The position numbers were made by a program, and so were the translations under genes. The notes below the pieces were generated by a model that was not told the origin of the DNA, searched no databases, and was given only the letters and a program-made list of their open reading frames with translations. DNA of 64,000 nt from Pyrinomonadaceae bacterium (GTDB taxonomy: Bacteria; Acidobacteriota; Blastocatellia; Pyrinomonadales; Pyrinomonadaceae), in assembly GCA_046313635.1 (NCBI GenBank), contig JBKBYA010000012.1:44421-108420 (forward strand). The letters run 5' to 3'. Below are positions 59,432-64,000 of the stretch, one piece after another (position 1 is the first letter of the stretch; every line of letters begins with the position of its first letter).

Positions 59432-61003
59432 ATGAATTTTCCTCGCGCTTCAGGCGTACTTCTGCATCCGACCTCACTGCCGAACGATTTCGGGATCGGC
59501 GATCTCGGACCGTCCGCTTACGAATTTGTCGACTTTCTTGTCGAGGCCCGCCAGACCTACTGGCAGGTACTGCCGCTCGGGCCGACCGGCTACGGCGACT
59601 CGCCGTACCAGTGCTTTTCGGCGTTTGCCGGCAACACGCTTTTGATCTCGCCGGAGAAATTGATCGACCGCGGCCTGCTGACCAGCGCCGACCTCGCATC
59701 AAAGCCCGACTTTGAATGCGGCCGTGCCGATTACGGCGGCGTCTATGAATGGAAGAACGCGATACTGCCGATCGCTTATCGCCGTTTTAAGGTGGCGGCG
59801 AGCGTCGAACTGCGCGGCGCATTCGAGAGCTTTGCGTTTGAGAATGCTTCGTGGCTCGACGACTACGCGCTATTCCGAGCGATCAAGGCGTCGCAGGACC
59901 AAAAGGCCTGGTACGAGTGGGACGCGCCGCTCAAGCTGCGCGAGCCCGGCGCTCTCGCCTTCATCCGCGAGCACCTCGACGACGAGATCGGCGCGCAGAA
60001 GTTTTTCCAATTCCTTTTTTTCCTTCAGTGGGCCGAGCTTAAGGAATACGCCGCTCGCGGGGCAGTCAAGATCGCCGGCGACGCGCCGATCTTTGTCGCG
60101 CTCGACTCGGCCGACGTGTGGTGCAATCAGGACAAATTCAAACTTAACGCCGACGGCTCGCCGCGCGTCGTCGCCGGCGTGCCGCCCGATTACTTCTCAA
60201 AGACCGGCCAGCTCTGGGGCAATCCGATCTACGACTGGGACCGGATGCGCGATGACGGCTTTGGCTGGTGGGTCTCGCGAGTGCGGCACACGCTGAAGAC
60301 GGTCGACGTCATCCGCATCGATCACTTCCGGGGCTTTGCGGCGTCATGGGAAGTTCCCGGCGGCGACGAGACGGCCGAGCACGGGCAATGGGTCGAGGTG
60401 CCGGGCGAGGAGCTTTTTAGGACGCTGCGGCGCGAGCTCGGCGAGCGGCTTCCGTTTTGGGCCGAGGACCTCGGCGTGATCACGCCGGACGTCGAGCATC
60501 TGCGCGATTCGTTTGGTCTGCCGGGAATGCGTATCCTGCAATTCGCTTTCGGCGGCGACGCACGGAATCTGAATCTGCCGCACAACTATGTTCGCAACGC
60601 CGTCGCGTACACCGGCACGCACGACAACGACACGACCGTCGGCTGGTGGAACTCGAGGCCGGGAGCGGGCTCGACGCGCAGCGCCGAGGACATCGGCCGC
60701 GAGCGCGATCTCTGTCTGCGGTATTTGAATACAAAAGGCGACGAGATCAATTGGGATCTCATCCGCGCGGTCTGGGCCTCGGTCGCCGACACCGCGATCG
60801 CTCCGATGCAGGACCTTTTGGCCCTCGGCAGCGAAGCCCGAATGAACCTGCCCGCATCGGACTCCGGCAATTGGCAGTGGCGATATCGCAGTGGCGACAT
60901 CACGCCCGAGCTCGCTTCGCGGCTGCGAGAGCTGACCGAGCTCTACGCGCGCGAGTCGACACCGCTCGGCCAGCCGAGCGGGTCAGAGGGCGATCAGGTT
61001 TGA
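59432..61003 (+). CDS. malQ: 4-alpha-glucanotransferase (amylomaltase, GH77)
   Basis: RASGVLLHPTSLP; AGVPPDYFSKTGQLWGNP; RIDHFRGF; AEDLG; YTGTHDNDT. Confidence 0.96.
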   Translation: MNFPRASGVLLHPTSLPNDFGIGDLGPSAYEFVDFLVEARQTYWQVLPLGPTGYGDSPYQCFSAFAGNTLLISPEKLIDRGLLTSADLASKPDFECGRADYGGVYEWKNAILPIAYRRFKVAASVELRGAFESFAFENASWLDDYALFRAIKASQDQKAWYEWDAPLKLREPGALAFIREHLDDEIGAQKFFQFLFFLQWAELKEYAARGAVKIAGDAPIFVALDSADVWCNQDKFKLNADGSPRVVAGVPPDYFSKTGQLWGNPIYDWDRMRDDGFGWWVSRVRHTLKTVDVIRIDHFRGFAASWEVPGGDETAEHGQWVEVPGEELFRTLRRELGERLPFWAEDLGVITPDVEHLRDSFGLPGMRILQFAFGGDARNLNLPHNYVRNAVAYTGTHDNDTTVGWWNSRPGAGSTRSAEDIGRERDLCLRYLNTKGDEINWDLIRAVWASVADTAIAPMQDLLALGSEARMNLPASDSGNWQWRYRSGDITPELASRLRELTELYARESTPLGQPSGSEGDQV

Positions 61004-61206
61004 ATTTGATTTGCGTGCTCGGTGCCGCTGCGGCGTCGCGCGCAGATAAGAAATGAACGGTGGAACTCACGAGGCTGCCGGCCGGCTGCCCATCACGCTC
61101 GCACCGGAGCAGCGTGACCGGCCGATCGCCGCCGTATTGCAAGAATGTTACACACTGCGGACGCGGTCTTGATTTGTCGACGGCTTGGATCCAGTCTTGA
61201 GATCAA

Positions 61207-62319
61207 ATGGCAACGAACGGTCTTCTTTTCAGGATTACTCGTAAGGCCCGCATAGCACTGCCGATCGTCTGCGTCTTTGCGGGAACTATTGTTTTTGCCT
61301 CAGGCCAGACGCCTTCGGCGTCGCCTGTGCCGAGCCCGAAGCCGACGCCGAAGATGGCGACCGGCGAACTCGATCGCTGGCTCTCGATCGACGCGCTGTC
61401 GGTCAGCACGCGGTACCGCTTCGTCAACAACCGCGCCGGCCGCACGACGTCGAATCAGAACCAGTGGCAGTTTGTCGGACGCGGCCGATTCAAATTTGAC
61501 CCGAAAGGAAAGTACAGCGTCGCCGCCGCGCTCGCGACCGGCGGCGGCATCACCAGCGGCTGGAACAATACCGGCTGGGGCACCGGCGACGGGCAATCGA
61601 ACATCTATCTCAAGCAGCTCTACTTTAACGCCAAGCCCGTAAAGTGGCTCGAAGTGCAGGTCGGCGGCATCGCTCCCACCAACGGCGAGAATACCGAGAT
61701 CACAGGCTACGACAACGACGTCTACATCATGGGCGCGCGCGTGCAGGTCCGCCGGCCAAAGGACCTCTGGTTTGACGAGATCTCGGCGACCAACGCGTAC
61801 ATCGGCGACAACAATCGGCCAAACGTCTTTCGGCGCTTCAAGCGAATGGACGAGTCAAATTATCGCCAGCTCCTGGTCCGCAAGCAGGTAAATAAACGGG
61901 TCGGCTTCTCGGCGGACTACACGTTCGAGTCGGGCCGCGACACGCTGCGGCAGGCCGTGAATATCAAGACGCCCGAGCTGGTCGTCGTCGACCGGGTGCT
62001 TTTTGAGAATTATCAGCGTGTCGATCCCGACCGCGGCTACGGCTTTCATCTGTTTGGCGATAAAAAGGTCAACAAGCGCCTTACGCTCGGCGGCGGCTTT
62101 GCGCGCATCGACCGGCCGATGCTCAACGCAGACCGCTACCCGCAGGGCAGCCGGCTTCACTTTGACACGGCGCTCAAGATCTCTCGCGAGCTTTCGCTCA
62201 GCACGGCCGTTATTCGGGCGGTCGGCCCGCTGCCCGCGCCGTCGAGCACACGGACGCGCGTCGACGTCATCCTTACCTTGAACATTCTCGAGAGCCTCCA
62301 CCGCTTGAAGATCTATTGA
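61207..62319 (+). CDS. Putative outer-membrane beta-barrel (porin-like) protein
   Basis: Signal-like N-terminus; Pro linker; amphipathic beta strands; IYLKQLYF. Confidence 0.55.
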   Translation: MATNGLLFRITRKARIALPIVCVFAGTIVFASGQTPSASPVPSPKPTPKMATGELDRWLSIDALSVSTRYRFVNNRAGRTTSNQNQWQFVGRGRFKFDPKGKYSVAAALATGGGITSGWNNTGWGTGDGQSNIYLKQLYFNAKPVKWLEVQVGGIAPTNGENTEITGYDNDVYIMGARVQVRRPKDLWFDEISATNAYIGDNNRPNVFRRFKRMDESNYRQLLVRKQVNKRVGFSADYTFESGRDTLRQAVNIKTPELVVVDRVLFENYQRVDPDRGYGFHLFGDKKVNKRLTLGGGFARIDRPMLNADRYPQGSRLHFDTALKISRELSLSTAVIRAVGPLPAPSSTRTRVDVILTLNILESLHRLKIY

Positions 62320-62349
62320 CCGCGGGACCGGCGATCCGATTGGCGAGCA

Positions 62350-62381
62350 AAGGGCGAGAGACCGAGAGGGCTCTCGCCCTT
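62350..62381 (+). terminator. Hairpin after the porin-like gene
   Basis: AAGGGCGAGAG/CTCTCGCCCTT 11-bp stem. Confidence 0.55.
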
Positions 62382-62729
62382 CTGCTGTCGGTCAGTATGA
62401 CCGAGGCCGCAGTTCATTCTGATCCGGGATGACGCTGCCGGCCGGTCCACAACGAGCCCGACGCAGCATTTCACGGGCGCGCGTGGGCGGCACGCTGCTT
62501 GAGTGAGATGATCGGGCCGAGAGCGGCCGGTCCAGCCCGGGCGGATACGATGTAATGCCGGGAAAACAATAAGCCGTCCGCCTATCGCATGTAACTTGCG
62601 TCGACCGGTGTCGTCGATCGTGATACCTCGGCAATAGATCGTCGGAGACATCACTTGTCATGTGTCTCCCGTATCGAGATCCTCCCACGACAAGTTTCTC
62701 CCACTCACACTTTCTCCCGGCTGATCGTT

Positions 62730-63623
62730 ATGGTCTCAGTCTCGATAGCACAAATTGTCGAACCAGACCGGACGCAAAGGTCGTGGCCTACCAGCAGGGC
62801 CGCCTCCGAGCTCTGCGAGAGCGAGACGGACGATGCCCTCGCCTTCCTGGCAAAGCGTCCGCTGCATAACGTGATACTCGAGGGATGGCTGACCGACCTC
62901 AAGGCCGGCGAAAAGCCGACGTGTGGCAGATTCTTCAAACACCGCGATGAGAACGGCCTGATCGACGGCATCGCCCTTATCGGAAAGCACACGTTGCTCG
63001 AGGCTCATCGCCCGGCGGCCATCCGGGCCTTTGCAGAGCTCGCGCGTGAGCGCGGCGACATAAAGATGTTCTGCGCAGAGTCTCCGGCGTTCGAGATCTT
63101 TTGGCGCCATTACTCGCTCTCTGCCCGCCGCCCGCGTCTCGCGATGTCGCTGTCGTTCTTAACGATCAGCGAGCCGCTGCACCCGATCGATGCGAGCGTG
63201 AGATTGCGGCCCGCCGAGATCGACGATCTCGACGCCGTGGTCGACGCCCATGCGGGCCTCGTTAGGATGGAGACATTCATCGACCCGCGTATCGCAGACG
63301 CCGACGGATTCCGAGAGCGCTGCCTGGCGAGGATCAGACGCGGCGACGTCTGGCTCTGGAGGGACGATCGCGGCCGGCTCGTATTCAAGCTGGACATCGC
63401 GAGCCGCACGCGGCAGGCCCTCTACTGCGAAGGGCTCTGGGTGGCACCGGAACTTCGCGGTCAGGGTCTCGGCAGGCGCGGCCTCGAGGCTTTTTGCCGG
63501 CGTGTGCTCGACGGCAGCAACTCGGTCTGTCTCTTTGCAGATTCTCGCGACGATAAGCTTCAGCGTTTCTACTTGCGATCCGGATTTTTGCTTTCGGGCC
63601 GCTACAAAAAGATCTACCTCTGA
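62730..63623 (+). CDS. GNAT family N-acetyltransferase
   Basis: GLWVAPELRGQGLG acetyl-CoA motif; FYLRSGF; start uncertain. Confidence 0.85.
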   Translation: MVSVSIAQIVEPDRTQRSWPTSRAASELCESETDDALAFLAKRPLHNVILEGWLTDLKAGEKPTCGRFFKHRDENGLIDGIALIGKHTLLEAHRPAAIRAFAELARERGDIKMFCAESPAFEIFWRHYSLSARRPRLAMSLSFLTISEPLHPIDASVRLRPAEIDDLDAVVDAHAGLVRMETFIDPRIADADGFRERCLARIRRGDVWLWRDDRGRLVFKLDIASRTRQALYCEGLWVAPELRGQGLGRRGLEAFCRRVLDGSNSVCLFADSRDDKLQRFYLRSGFLLSGRYKKIYL

Positions 63624-63721
63624 GGCACTGGCCGATGTCCTTATTTTTCATCGACCGCGGCCGAGGGTGTCGAGGCGTGTTCGAATAAGGCCCTTCGTCG
63701 ATCCACCTTCTTCCCTTCTAT

Positions 63722-63737
63722 AGGCACGTCGTTTGCA
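63722..63737 (+). promoter_or_regulatory. Candidate sigma-54 promoter
   Basis: AGGCACGtcgtTTGCA, near-consensus, 39 nt upstream of the ATG. Confidence 0.6.
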
Positions 63738-63776
63738 AAAAGCGGCGTGTCAGATCTTTTTTGAACAAGGGTAGAT

Positions 63777-64000
63777 ATGAAAAAGCAGAATGTGTTTCGA
63801 CGATCGATCCTGGTGGGATCGGTCTTTTTGATCGCGGCCGCCGGTGCCGTTGCTCAAGACAAGGCAAAGGTTGCGCTCGCGGTCACCGATCCGGTCCTCT
63901 GGGAGGACGTGAATATCCCAGCTCGCGACCTCTTTTACGGTCCTGGCGGGCGTGAGATGGTGCCGGACGTGAGCCGCGTGACGTTTATCAAAGAGGAGAA
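63777..64000 (+). CDS. Secreted hypothetical protein, 3'-partial
   Basis: MKKQNVFRRSILVGSVFLIAAAGAVAQDK...VLWEDVNIPARDLFYGPGG; open to the window end. Confidence 0.7.
   Translation, partial: MKKQNVFRRSILVGSVFLIAAAGAVAQDKAKVALAVTDPVLWEDVNIPARDLFYGPGGREMVPDVSRVTFIKEE

Noticed and set aside
62320..62729. Possible ncRNA or riboswitch in a long intergenic gap
   Set aside because: Only one terminator-like hairpin is recognisable and no family motif was seen; an Rfam scan would be needed.

Overview
GC-rich bacterial chromosome segment, probably Acidobacteriota (Blastocatellia/Pyrinomonadaceae-like). This is inferred from the acidobacterial VWA protein and the 'PTAA'+carboxypeptidase-like C-terminal module, and is not proven. 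Left to right it holds: the end of a lytic transglycosylase; a cassette of secreted proteins (Ig-like, TolB/HYR/PxKF, collagen-like) beside a beta-propeller sensor kinase and a NarL/LuxR regulator; a DPP-IV peptidase; xerC; two HUH (Y1) transposase elements with their own palindromic repeats; trmFO; two gene remnants fused by deletion; small stress and metabolic genes; tRNA-Thr(CGT); a complete hisGDCBHAFI operon with a His-rich leader peptide and attenuator; a galactofuranose-linked cluster (glf, glycosyltransferase, two GH1-like, one GH43) with Crp and a PYP-like PAS protein; tandem receiver proteins; an AddAB-like helicase-nuclease pair; malQ; a porin-like protein; and a GNAT. The strongest hidden signals are: (1) a candidate exported selenoprotein after the AddA-like gene, with an in-frame UGA at a conserved Cys position followed by a SECIS-like hairpin; (2) an activator-site plus -10 promoter motif repeated three times that ties the secreted cassette to the adjacent two-component system; (3) an unannotated his attenuator; (4) a TnpA element with an empty miniature copy inside the his operon; (5) a RAYT gene split by a different repeat family. 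All product calls come from motif recognition by eye; no database searches were run.
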